From the NCBI GenBank assembly GCA_023898585.1, contig CP060229.1, positions 918,587 through 982,586 on the forward strand: a stretch of DNA of 64,000 nucleotides, given 5' to 3'. Both the position numbers and the translations under genes were made by a program. The notes under the pieces were generated by a model. The model made no database searches. It was not told the origin of the DNA and worked only from the letters and a program-made list of their open reading frames with translations. This document shows, one piece after another, positions 34,376 to 43,791 of the stretch (positions within the stretch are counted from its first letter, which is position 1; each line of letters opens with the position of its first letter). Origin of the DNA: Candidatus Nomurabacteria bacterium (GTDB lineage: Bacteria; Patescibacteriota; Minisyncoccia; Phycocordibacterales; UBA918).

Positions 34376-34843
34376 TCAACGTCTTTTCACATCTTTACCC
34401 CCACTAATCTTTAATTGGACTTTCTCCTTTTCACTTGGTTTTAATAGTGGCAAAACTAGAATTAAAACGCCGTTCTTGATTTTGGCTTCAGCTTTATCGA
34501 TATTTACACTTTCCGGTAAAATTATTCGTCTGTAAAAATCTCCCCATATGCACTCCTCTGCTACAAATGATCCCCGAATGACTTTCTTGGGAAAGACGAT
34601 ATATTCTGGTCTGATTCTCTTCCCTTCTATCAACACGATATCAGCATCACCTTCTATGGAGACATGTACGTCATTCATATCGGCTCCGGCAGATTGCGCA
34701 TAAATAACAATCATCAGTTCTGTTTGATACACGTCTACATGAAGCTGTGCGACTTTGTCCGCCGCCGTTTCCTCAGCATCAGATTGTAGTGACGCATCAT
34801 CATTCCTTACACCCTTACCTTTTAGTCTTTGCAGAAAGGACAT
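34376..34843 (-). CDS. Small heat-shock protein, Hsp20/alpha-crystallin family.
   Basis: ACD-type sequence ...DVYQTELMIVIYAQSAGADMNDVHVSIEGD...FYRRIILPESVNIDKAEAKIKNGVLILVLPLLKP (the G.L.V..PK-like end motif). Confidence 0.85.
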   Translation of the reverse strand: MSFLQRLKGKGVRNDDASLQSDAEETAADKVAQLHVDVYQTELMIVIYAQSAGADMNDVHVSIEGDADIVLIEGKRIRPEYIVFPKKVIRGSFVAEECIWGDFYRRIILPESVNIDKAEAKIKNGVLILVLPLLKPSEKEKVQLKISGGKDVKRR

Positions 34844-34939
34844 ACTTTAATATTATACTCACTCCGTCCTTTCAAAAAATCATTTACCCACACTTTTACT
34901 TTGTAGCTCATTAACACAGTGGTTATCTGCCAGTCAGTA

Positions 34940-36889
34940 TTACCCTGTCCAGTTAAACAGCAGTATGGAAAAGTCAGTCAAACTAACATTACCATCCCGG
35001 TTTATATCCGCTGGTGGATCGGAGTCACCACCATTGCTGTTCCACCAGAAAAGCAAGATCGAGAAGTCAATCAAGTTAACTTTAGTATCCCTGTTCAAGT
35101 CAGCGTTTATGGGAACATCAGCTGTCTTCCCCACTCCATAAAAATGGTATTTTGAATACTGAGTTGACACACCTCCTTCTTGCTCAGATTTTGCTCTGAT
35201 TTGGTACGTACCAACTGAAAACCCGGTTGTATCAATGGTGGTAGACCACTTTCCTGAACCATCAGCTAGAGCTGAATACTGATTCGAAGACTTGGAATTT
35301 ATTTTTCCGTTTTGAATAGTGACAGTAGAGTTAGGTAGCGCATATCCCGATACGGTAATCACACCTCCGGGATCGACCGGATCCGGTGTGACCTTGATGG
35401 AAGGGGACACATTGATATTACTAAGGGCGGAAGTTCTGGAGCCGGTTACGGTAAAAGAAGTACTGAAAGTGGAAGAACGAACATTATTTGGATCGTCCGC
35501 ATAGACACCGAAGGTATAGACACCACGAGCAATTTCATCGAGTGTTATAGAGTATTGTCCAGTTGAGTTGGCAGTAGTCGTATCAAAGAAATTACCGTCA
35601 ACCAAGATACCAACCTTACTACCCGGGTAAGCATACCCGGAAATAATCACTCTACCGTCTCCACTTCTGTATGGTGAACCGAGGTCTTCAAAACCACCAC
35701 CGGCTGTTGAGCCGGTTTTTGATCCGGAACCCCCTCCACCTCCACCACCGGAACCGCCTGATCCGCTAGAACCACCTTCTAGAGGTAACTGACCGCTCGC
35801 TGCTCCCGATTGACCACCTCCGCCAGAGCCTGAGCCGGTGCCATCGTTACCAGAACCGGTTCCGTCACCTTCCACATCTCCTTCCGTATTTGACGTTCCG
35901 GTCGGTTCGTCGTTAACAAAGAACGAGATCACGTAGTCATCAATATTGAAATTGTTTTCATCATCAATACAACGCACATAATAAGTGTTGAGTGCATTTT
36001 TAACTACCGGCACTACATTGGAGTGAAAGATAAAACCGGTATTTGAAAATACGTTAGGCATGGAAGAAAAACTAACGTCTGGAACCGAGCTAAACTTACA
36101 AATAGCCAACTCGTCGGTTTCGAGAGAGATTTCTACGTTGAGTGTAGTACCACCCACAGTGCTTGTTGGTGCACCATTAAAACGAAATGGTGGTACCGTC
36201 TCCGTGGTGTCTACATTCGGCACCGTAACTTTTTCGTTTAAAAAAATGATAAATTCTTCATTGGCCACCAAGCCCCCGTCATAGATTTCCACATTTACTT
36301 CATGAACACCAAGTGTCATCGAATTCTGAATTGGCTCAACATCACCCTGGGTGGTTGTTGTGCCGGTTGAAGTACTGAAAGAGGTCACCGGAATAAGCGC
36401 TGTGGAAGTGTGATTTCCGATTCTAAATTGAAGTCTACTACCGGAGGTTATGCCTGAATCCGGCGCCAGAGTATAGCGAATCAGACCCGGTGATCCGGTT
36501 GTTATCTCAACCATATCAACTCCCGGGGAGGGGGCAGTGGAAGAAATTCTTGGTGTGCCGTTGACGTAAAGTTCAACGTTTCTCTCAGCAAAAGTTGAAC
36601 TCGCGATGATGTCAAATCCGCCTGGCGGTGTTATTTCAATTACACCTCCGGGGGAAACATTAGTATTGAGCAAAAACTCTATGGTGTGATTGGAGTATTC
36701 GCCAGGACCAGAGTCAGACAGTCTATCTTTGTATTCTGATATGTTAAGCGCTTTTGTATACTGAGGTAACAAAAATAAACTACATATCAAGGCACAAAAT
36801 AACACAGTGAGAAACAACGCCCATTGTTTGTGTCCGGTTATCATAATCACATATATTGTAACCCGACGACACGAACATTTTTGCAACAA
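34940..36889 (-). CDS. Secreted protein with the shared N-terminal LSDSGPG module, beta-sandwich domains, a long Gly/Ser linker, two Ig-like domains and a C-terminal type-I-dockerin-like module.
   Basis: N-terminal TM/signal, then ...LSDSGPGEYSNHTIEF.... G/S-rich GTGSGNDGTGSGSGGGGQSG...GGSGGGGGGGSGS linker. C-terminus DLNRDTKVNLIDFSILLFWW...DINRDGNVSLTDFSILLFNWTG is a duplicated D.N.DG..N..D Ca-loop. About 80% aa identity to the C-terminus of 730..1830. Confidence 0.7.
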   Translation of the reverse strand: MLQKCSCRRVTIYVIMITGHKQWALFLTVLFCALICSLFLLPQYTKALNISEYKDRLSDSGPGEYSNHTIEFLLNTNVSPGGVIEITPPGGFDIIASSTFAERNVELYVNGTPRISSTAPSPGVDMVEITTGSPGLIRYTLAPDSGITSGSRLQFRIGNHTSTALIPVTSFSTSTGTTTTQGDVEPIQNSMTLGVHEVNVEIYDGGLVANEEFIIFLNEKVTVPNVDTTETVPPFRFNGAPTSTVGGTTLNVEISLETDELAICKFSSVPDVSFSSMPNVFSNTGFIFHSNVVPVVKNALNTYYVRCIDDENNFNIDDYVISFFVNDEPTGTSNTEGDVEGDGTGSGNDGTGSGSGGGGQSGAASGQLPLEGGSSGSGGSGGGGGGGSGSKTGSTAGGGFEDLGSPYRSGDGRVIISGYAYPGSKVGILVDGNFFDTTTANSTGQYSITLDEIARGVYTFGVYADDPNNVRSSTFSTSFTVTGSRTSALSNINVSPSIKVTPDPVDPGGVITVSGYALPNSTVTIQNGKINSKSSNQYSALADGSGKWSTTIDTTGFSVGTYQIRAKSEQEGGVSTQYSKYHFYGVGKTADVPINADLNRDTKVNLIDFSILLFWWNSNGGDSDPPADINRDGNVSLTDFSILLFNWTG

Positions 36890-37297
36890 TTACACAACTT
36901 CCGGTAATTGTCTTTCTTTTGCTCGTAAGTAATCGAGTGTGTAATTTAGAAGAATCAAGACCAGGAGTATAAATAAGATACTCGCGAGTATGTATGTGGA
37001 AGTGTCATTATTGCCGGGACTTTTTGAAAGATCAACCTTAATCTCTCTTTCCGCAATTGAAGCTTCCCTGGCTTCCAGCTCTCTCTCCCAGGCTGATAAT
37101 TCTGCGGTGTATTGATTGAGCTCAGTTGGTTGCACCGAAGCAGACATCCCGATAACACTGGCAAGATAGGAGTGAGTTTCTACTGAAAGCTTGCGTGTCG
37201 TTTCATTTACAATGCCACTTTCAAATACCAAAACCAGCGCAAAAACTGAAACCAGTATTCTGAGAGCTCTATGATAATTACTTTTACGCAGAGACAT
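36890..37297 (-). CDS. Small bitopic membrane protein (hypothetical).
   Basis: N-terminal and C-terminal hydrophobic helices with a short coiled-coil-like middle (ELEAREASIAEREIK). Start abuts the stop of the upstream gene. Confidence 0.45.
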   Translation of the reverse strand: MSLRKSNYHRALRILVSVFALVLVFESGIVNETTRKLSVETHSYLASVIGMSASVQPTELNQYTAELSAWERELEAREASIAEREIKVDLSKSPGNNDTSTYILASILFILLVLILLNYTLDYLRAKERQLPEVV

Positions 37298-37321
37298 GAG
37301 ACATAACCACTTTACACAAAG

Positions 37322-38413
37322 CTAAGCAAACAAGGCCAGTAAGACGATTAGGAATAGAGCTGTTACAGTCAACATCACAACAATCAGTAATAAGGAAGTG
37401 GATGAGCCTCCTCTTTTTCTGCGCCGAACAATCCTTCTGCCCTGATTAAGATGTTGCAGTGATCGACGTATATATAAGCGGACGAAAATGAATGTTACAA
37501 TCAATATAACCCCCAACACTCCAAGAGCCGGACCTATTATGTTCATCGGCAAAATCCAGAAAGTAACAGAGCTGGTCATTGTTTTCTTCGATCCCTCATC
37601 ACCATACACTGGACTCAAAATGGCCTCATAACGACCAAAACCAGTAGATCCACCTTCCCATTTGATGTTGCTGAACTCCCTTGTATCATGCGGAAAAACA
37701 CCCGCTTCTTTATCGTTAAAAACCATGTTGCCGACTTTATTTCCCAACATGTTATAAATTTCCAGCGGTCCTCTTGGTTTTACCAAAACATTCCCAGTAT
37801 TCTGAATTTTAACCGAAAACTCAACATTCGGTGAGCCATACAAAAACTTACTGGTCGAAAACTGACGGATACTGGCTTCTTCCAACGCCTCTCCCGAGAC
37901 ACGAATATCCAAAATACTGGCTACTTGGTAACCGACAGAAGCGCCACTGTTTTCTATTTCCGGCGGGTCAACCGAAACGAATATCCCTCCAAAGTGACTC
38001 CCCGGGGAGGCATTCTCGGGAACGGAGACGACAAAATAAACCGTTGCGGACTCATTTTTACCAATAACGACCTCTGTCATTGATAGACTAATCCAGTCAG
38101 AGAGTTCGTAACCGGTTTTCTCATCATTGGATTTGGCAAAAATAGGTACTCCCCCATCTTTCACTCCACTAATATTCTTTACAAACAAGTAGTATTTCTG
38201 CTCGACATCACTCATATTTTGGATAGTGATGCCGTTTTGTTCTTCTGTACCTGGGTCCATCAATTTATCAAAGCTGGCCGGAGTTATGCTGGTCCCCGCT
38301 TGTTGAGCCAATGAAGTCGAGTAGGTTAACAAGAAACTCGATAAAAATAAACAGAGTATCAGTAAAAATCTGAAGAGAAAGGTTTTAATTAAATCTGTCG
38401 TTAATGATGTCAT
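37322..38413 (-). CDS. Cell-surface protein with a signal peptide and a C-terminal TM. It may be DUF916/DUF3324-like (the CscA/WxL-locus type); this is a tentative call.
   Basis: Signal LLILCLFLSSFLLTYSTSLAQQAG. ITPASFDKLMDPGTEEQNGITIQNMSD...YYLFV resembles the DUF916 start. C-terminal TM IIGPALGVLGVILIVTFIFV plus a basic stop-transfer. A paralogous layout occurs in 1832..2785. Confidence 0.5.
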   Translation of the reverse strand: MTSLTTDLIKTFLFRFLLILCLFLSSFLLTYSTSLAQQAGTSITPASFDKLMDPGTEEQNGITIQNMSDVEQKYYLFVKNISGVKDGGVPIFAKSNDEKTGYELSDWISLSMTEVVIGKNESATVYFVVSVPENASPGSHFGGIFVSVDPPEIENSGASVGYQVASILDIRVSGEALEEASIRQFSTSKFLYGSPNVEFSVKIQNTGNVLVKPRGPLEIYNMLGNKVGNMVFNDKEAGVFPHDTREFSNIKWEGGSTGFGRYEAILSPVYGDEGSKKTMTSSVTFWILPMNIIGPALGVLGVILIVTFIFVRLYIRRSLQHLNQGRRIVRRRKRGGSSTSLLLIVVMLTVTALFLIVLLALFA

Positions 38414-38536
38414 ATGAGTTCTTAATTACTGTAACTATCACATATTATCATTTATTAAACTCCGGTTTTTGTGTTGTCTACAGTCACAAAAACCCCTCTT
38501 AAATGAGGGGTTTTTGTAGCAATGCTCTATTGGAAC

Positions 38537-39667
38537 CTAGAAGGTAGGTGTCGCAATATAAGTAAGTGTTGTGTTGTAGTCATCAGCAGCTTCCTGAAGT
38601 GGAGTAATCTGAATCTGATAACCAATAAGGGTCTGACCTTCGTCATCTGTTGTAGCATCAGTACCACCTACCGAGTTTGAACCGTTTGACGGGTCATTAT
38701 GAGCCATTATAACTCGTGGTGTGGTACTCGCAGCAATGTACTGATTTGCACCAGTAAACGCTGTGCCGGCACCAAACAGATTACCATCTGATGAAGTTAT
38801 TCCCCAGTGCCCCCAAGTGTTCTCATTCAAAAGTGAGTTTGAAGGTAGGTTTGAATTCCAGTCAGTTGGTGTGTCTGTATATGCTCCATCGATAAAGCCA
38901 TCGATGTCAGCTCCGGTTGAGGACTGTAAGTTTGCATCTTGCTCAACTGTTACTACGTATCCGTTGGCCGCGTTAGTTGTGACATTAAGTCGCTGAGCCA
39001 ATGTCTTTGTTTGTCCTGCTACCAAGACTCCAAATGGTATCAGAGTTGCTGTAGTGGAACCTGTGGTGGTGGTACCGTTAACAGCGGTTGAGGTTGCGAG
39101 ACCAGTGATTGTAAAGTCAAATGAGGTTTGGACGATAGCTGTGACTAATACATTATCGATTAGGGCTACACGCGTTTTACCTGTATCACCATCATCAGTT
39201 GTGACCACGAACTCAGCCGAACCGGCTGTGTCCGGGTTCGTCACGACACCTGCATCAAGCGCGACTACAATTTCCTGCCCCGCTGTAGCTGAGGTATCGA
39301 GCGACATTGTTACAACTTGACCAGTTGAATCAAAGAAGTCGATTGCTGCAGCCCCACCATTTACTGTAACCGTGTAGTCACCCTGCACTGAGGCAGCTAC
39401 CCCAGTGAAACCGGTACCCGGTCCACTTGGGAATGTGATAACTATGTTACCAGTGTTGGTGTAAGCAGAACCGGCTGGAATTGTAAATGCAATTGTGTGA
39501 CCTGCTGCGACACTTAAGTCGGAATCACTTAAGGTATTACTAATGAGTGTGAGGTTAGCTGCTTGTGCGGTTGTGTATGCTCCAATAGACCATAACAAAA
39601 CGGCACATGCAACAAGTGTCGCGACCACTCGCTGCGCAAAGCCAACGTTAGTTGCTTTTGCGAACAT
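38537..39667 (-). CDS. Secreted beta-rich surface protein with the shared N-terminal module (…NTLSDSDLSVAAGHTIAFTIP…). The C-terminal end is possibly WxL-like (…NTTLTYIATPTF); this is a tentative call.
   Basis: Signal peptide VVATLVACAVLLWSIGAYTTAQA. Thr/Gly/Ala-rich. N-module similarity to 1..400 and 34940..36889. Confidence 0.55.
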   Translation of the reverse strand: MFAKATNVGFAQRVVATLVACAVLLWSIGAYTTAQAANLTLISNTLSDSDLSVAAGHTIAFTIPAGSAYTNTGNIVITFPSGPGTGFTGVAASVQGDYTVTVNGGAAAIDFFDSTGQVVTMSLDTSATAGQEIVVALDAGVVTNPDTAGSAEFVVTTDDGDTGKTRVALIDNVLVTAIVQTSFDFTITGLATSTAVNGTTTTGSTTATLIPFGVLVAGQTKTLAQRLNVTTNAANGYVVTVEQDANLQSSTGADIDGFIDGAYTDTPTDWNSNLPSNSLLNENTWGHWGITSSDGNLFGAGTAFTGANQYIAASTTPRVIMAHNDPSNGSNSVGGTDATTDDEGQTLIGYQIQITPLQEAADDYNTTLTYIATPTF

Positions 39668-39969
39668 GTTTAATTTATATTATTTTTTTAAATAACTTTC
39701 TTCTACGCTGTACATAGAAGTTATCGATTGAAGTTTCTGTGGAGAGACATTGGGTTTACATTTAGATAAAAGCTCAGCCTTATGTAATCAATGTCCTTCA
39801 ATCGATCTACATGAATTATAATCGGTCTTTTACTACTTGTCTTAAAAACCCTGTTGATAACCTTTTTCGCTTGACTTTTGTTCCTTTATAAAAACTATAT
39901 TTTTCAAGCAATTACTCCTGCGGAAGAGACATGTCTAAAACAATTTTTAAAGTACAGATGTCTGATTAT

Positions 39970-41256
39970 TTAAATTGCTTTTACGGTCTGTATACCTGTC
40001 CATTTGGTGGTGTAGGCGGGAGACCGAAAGCTGGATTTTGATTGCCACTTTTCAGTCTTGAGTCGAGTTCCAACCAACACCACTTCTCGACTTTGTTTTC
40101 TATTTAAATCATCAAGGATTTTCATTATTTCTTCTGTATTCTTAGCGGTAACATTTTCAGCAAACAAATCCGATTGAGTAACATCAATGGTTTGTAAATC
40201 TGACAACGTTAAGCCAACTTTTTTATAAGGAACTCCGGGCTTATACAACCTTTCAACCAGCTTCTTGGCCTCCTTCAACAACAAAAACGTATCGTTGCTC
40301 GGGGCAGACAATAAAACACTAAGTGAGCCTCCATGTAAAACAAAATCACCATACCTACTGGTGTTCATAGTCACGGATAGTTTGTTTGCCTTTAAACCTT
40401 TTTTTCGCAGTTTAGCCGTTATATTACGCGTATGGTAAGCGACAGCATCGGCCAAAACCGCTGGGTCTGTTGTGTCACTTTTAAAGGATCTTGAACTGGC
40501 GATACTGTGTAGGTGCCCTTTTCTTTTCTCAACCGGAAAAGCCACCTTCCCCCGTAATTCTTCCTGCAATCTAACTCCCGGCAAACCGAAAATTTTCCTT
40601 ATTCTTTCAGTGTCCACCGCCAATAAATCGGCCACGCTAGAGAGTCCGCGCTTCTTATACTGCAGTTCCATTTTACCGCCGACCCCCCAAATGTCAGCCA
40701 GTGGTATGTCAGGTGTCATGCGGGACCACTCATCCTCTTCTAGCACATAAACTCCGCAACCCTTTTTCGCACATGAATTTGCGTATTTGGCTTGAGTTTT
40801 TGTGTTACCAATGCCGACTGAAATCGGTATTCCGACCAGCTTTTCAATTTCACGTTTCAGTCTGTTGGAAACAGTTAGCGGATCATCATGAGTTAGAAAA
40901 AACGCTTCGTCTATCGAGTATTGTTCAATCTCACCTATCAAATCTTTCATGGTCGTAAATACTCTTCTCGACACATCCCTGTATAAAGCAAAGTGTGAAG
41001 AAAACGTTATAATTGCTTCTTTTTTTACAATGTCCTTTATCTTAAAATAAGGGACACCCATTGGTATACCTTTGTCCTTTACTTCCTGTGAGCGCGCCAC
41101 AACACAGCCATCATTGCCGGAAAGAACAACAACCGGCTTTTTTAGCAAATCAGGCCGAAACAACCTTTCGCAGGAAACGAAGAAATTATTGCAATCTAGG
41201 AGACCTATGTGTTTCTGATTCATACTGAGATTATAACAAGATAAAAAAAGAACCAC
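39970..41256 (-). CDS. umuC: Y-family translesion DNA polymerase, UmuC/DinB-like.
   Basis: N-terminus HIGLLDCNNFFVSCERLFRPDLLKKPVVVLSGNDGCVVARSQEVKDKGIPMG...YSIDEAF closely parallels E. coli UmuC ([41 protein letters not shown]...YSIDEAF). Confidence 0.9.
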   Translation of the reverse strand: MVLFLSCYNLSMNQKHIGLLDCNNFFVSCERLFRPDLLKKPVVVLSGNDGCVVARSQEVKDKGIPMGVPYFKIKDIVKKEAIITFSSHFALYRDVSRRVFTTMKDLIGEIEQYSIDEAFFLTHDDPLTVSNRLKREIEKLVGIPISVGIGNTKTQAKYANSCAKKGCGVYVLEEDEWSRMTPDIPLADIWGVGGKMELQYKKRGLSSVADLLAVDTERIRKIFGLPGVRLQEELRGKVAFPVEKRKGHLHSIASSRSFKSDTTDPAVLADAVAYHTRNITAKLRKKGLKANKLSVTMNTSRYGDFVLHGGSLSVLLSAPSNDTFLLLKEAKKLVERLYKPGVPYKKVGLTLSDLQTIDVTQSDLFAENVTAKNTEEIMKILDDLNRKQSREVVLVGTRLKTEKWQSKSSFRSPAYTTKWTGIQTVKAI

Positions 41257-41313
41257 TTCTTTTTAAGGAAGTGGTTTACAAGTCTATGGACTAAATGAAC
41301 GAAGCTCTTTTGG

Positions 41314-42357
41314 TCAACGAACGTTACTGGGATGAAGAATAGTGATAGCCGGTCGTCTGAATTTCTCTCTAAACGGTTTAGCACTGCCTTTCCCTAGTCT
41401 ATGTACAATCCAGCTCGCGCCTGCGCTGGCAAGAATAAGCCCGAAAACATACTGACCGTTTTCTAAAGCAATTCCACCCAGGTACAAGTGGGAAAGACTC
41501 AGGTAACTCAAACTCGTAAGAACAGCGGTCATCGCCACGAGTCTGGTCTGATGATTGGCAAAGACAAACACTGCCCACAAGACAATCAATACCGGGTAAA
41601 CGAAACAAATCCACAGCAGATTGATCACCGTAAACACGTTTCCGACCAAGTACAGTTTCAGGAGCGAAATTTCACCTTTAACATGCCGTCGAAGTGCAGG
41701 AGAGTAGTAGTAATCAGCCATTTCACTAGAAGCTATATTTTCCAGGTACTCACGAGCTATTTGTTCAAGCTTATATTCATTGGAAAATTGATGGATCAAC
41801 TGATCATCAAACAATCTCCTACGTAACTCTGACTCTGAAGCCGAACTTTTGAGTCGTTCGAATTCGTTAACAGATCGACTCATGAAACTATGGTAATCGG
41901 CATGAACAACTAATATCCAGAGGTCACTATACAGAATCAACATTAAGATGCCGAGTGATATCGCAAGAATCAATTCAAACAGCTCGTGTATTACTGCCCC
42001 TGACCCGCTAGTGAATATCGTTATCAAAAGTGAAATAACTAACGTCATTACCACCATAAGCAACTGCTTTAAGGAAACTCCGCCGTTAAAAAATCGCATC
42101 AAACGCCAACCTTGATCAGCCTGCCTGCTACTTCTTCTCGCTTGTTTGATTGATTTATCGATGGCTTTTTTGAAAGCAAACTGCCTTTCCCTCTTTTCTT
42201 TCCTTTTCTCTTTTCCCAATTGCCAAGTCTGGTATACTGACTGAACGTCAGTTGGTATTGTTAAAAGGGATTTCGTCCAGCCAGCCTTCATGGCCCAGAC
42301 CAGAATGAACGCTGAGGTGGAGCCAGTCATCACGCCCCACCAAGTATCACCAACCAT
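41314..42357 (-). CDS. Polytopic membrane protein of unknown function (basic KEKRKEKRER stretch plus several TMs).
   Basis: 347-aa ORF with multiple hydrophobic helices. Sits inside the umuD-umuC cluster. Confidence 0.55.
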   Translation of the reverse strand: MVGDTWWGVMTGSTSAFILVWAMKAGWTKSLLTIPTDVQSVYQTWQLGKEKRKEKRERQFAFKKAIDKSIKQARRSSRQADQGWRLMRFFNGGVSLKQLLMVVMTLVISLLITIFTSGSGAVIHELFELILAISLGILMLILYSDLWILVVHADYHSFMSRSVNEFERLKSSASESELRRRLFDDQLIHQFSNEYKLEQIAREYLENIASSEMADYYYSPALRRHVKGEISLLKLYLVGNVFTVINLLWICFVYPVLIVLWAVFVFANHQTRLVAMTAVLTSLSYLSLSHLYLGGIALENGQYVFGLILASAGASWIVHRLGKGSAKPFREKFRRPAITILHPSNVR

Positions 42358-42558
42358 AGTCGCCTACCAAGCCACCGATTAAAATGGCTGTAAAGACTAC
42401 AAATCTATTTTCAAATAACCATCTGAATAACGCTTTCATCATTAACCTCCTTCTGTCTTTTAGACGCTCAAAACTAACAAAACTATTAAGTTTTTACTAG
42501 ATATTTTGTACTTTGTAAAGTGGTTAAGTCGCTGAAATGCCTGCATTTCAGTGTGAAG

Positions 42559-43791
42559 TCAAAAAAGCTTCCACAAACCCTGGTCTTCTTCTCCGTCAAT
42601 TTTGAAAATAGCCACACCGCGCAGATCGTATTTCTCTGCCAAATTTACCTTATCTTCAATCGCTTCAGAATCGCTCCAGGTCACAAACCGCACTGGAATC
42701 TCCATCTTGGCATGCGTAGCTACCAAAAGCGCCTTGGCGGTTGCTTCGTAGCCCTTTGGCGTGCCTTTGGGAGCGGAGAGTTGATTTAGTACCTTCCAAG
42801 GTGAATCATCTGGGAAGTAAGAAATTACCGCTTCACCCCCTTCAGAGCGACCTATCTTTGAGTTATATTTTTTGGACAACTCAAGAATACGCGGGCTATT
42901 CAAAGTAGCCACTTTTTCATAGTCACGATACCAATCGGGAGCGACCGTAACATCCCAAGCCCGGCCATAAGTCGCCACCCCCAGCATTATTTTATCCTCA
43001 TCAATATCTTCCAGGGCCAATTCTAGCACTTTAGTTACCCATTCATTATCAGCTACCGGCATATATGGTACTCCTTTCCGTTTGTCATTGAGTTTTAAAT
43101 CGGCTCTTTGCTGATCGTAAGCCATGATTTCAACCCAATCACAGTGCTTATTCATAGCCTTGTAATCGTTTGCGTATTTAATTTCGTCAGGGACGGTTCG
43201 CCAACGAGAATCCGGCGGTGTACGTGCCTCGATCGTACAAGTAAGGTCTTTCTTGCCCAGTTCTTTTTTCAACTCCTCAAGAAAATTTGAATAATAGTCA
43301 ATTGTTTCACCCAATTTAGACTCGTAATCAATATTAACACCAGCAAAACGGTACTTTTTAACCATTTTTACTATCTCAGTGACATGTCTTTTACGCGTAG
43401 TCTCGTTACTCAAAACAGCATGGATAGCATCTCCATCAAACCAAGCCACGGTCGGTATAATATCCACTCTCTCACTCTTAGCCTTTCTGAAAAGCTTATC
43501 CCAGTGACTGTCTTTGAAGTTGACACGATTTTTAAGCGTGCCATCTAAATTTACTTCAAACACAAAGGGATAAATGGTGTCGAGTTTATCGATGTTATCC
43601 ATAGTACTCCTGGCCCCGGCTTCTTCAGACCACCACGGTATCCACCCAGCGACTTCCATTTTTGCTTCAGCTTGGGCTAACGGCCAAAGAAAAAACAGGG
43701 CTGTGACAAAAATTCCAATTTTTTTAAAAAATACAGTATTCATACTCATTGTTATTATAGACGAAAAACGAACTCCACTCTTACCGGTCAA
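42559..43791 (-). CDS. Secreted glycoside hydrolase family 18-like (chitinase/YdhD-like) protein.
   Basis: FAGVNIDYE matches the GH18 DG.D.DWE catalytic motif. Signal peptide MNTVFFKKIGIFVTALFFLWPLAQAEA. The likely true start is M15/M17 (about 43743..43749), which removes the overlap with umuD. Confidence 0.65.
   Translation of the reverse strand: MTGKSGVRFSSIITMSMNTVFFKKIGIFVTALFFLWPLAQAEAKMEVAGWIPWWSEEAGARSTMDNIDKLDTIYPFVFEVNLDGTLKNRVNFKDSHWDKLFRKAKSERVDIIPTVAWFDGDAIHAVLSNETTRKRHVTEIVKMVKKYRFAGVNIDYESKLGETIDYYSNFLEELKKELGKKDLTCTIEARTPPDSRWRTVPDEIKYANDYKAMNKHCDWVEIMAYDQQRADLKLNDKRKGVPYMPVADNEWVTKVLELALEDIDEDKIMLGVATYGRAWDVTVAPDWYRDYEKVATLNSPRILELSKKYNSKIGRSEGGEAVISYFPDDSPWKVLNQLSAPKGTPKGYEATAKALLVATHAKMEIPVRFVTWSDSEAIEDKVNLAEKYDLRGVAIFKIDGEEDQGLWKLF

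Noticed and set aside
42527-42548. Hairpin (ctgaaatgc-ctg-gcatttcag) right after the GH18 stop codon, as a possible terminator.
   Set aside because: No U-tract follows it on the transcribed (minus) strand; the T-run precedes it and is part of the coding sequence. At most it is an mRNA stability element.
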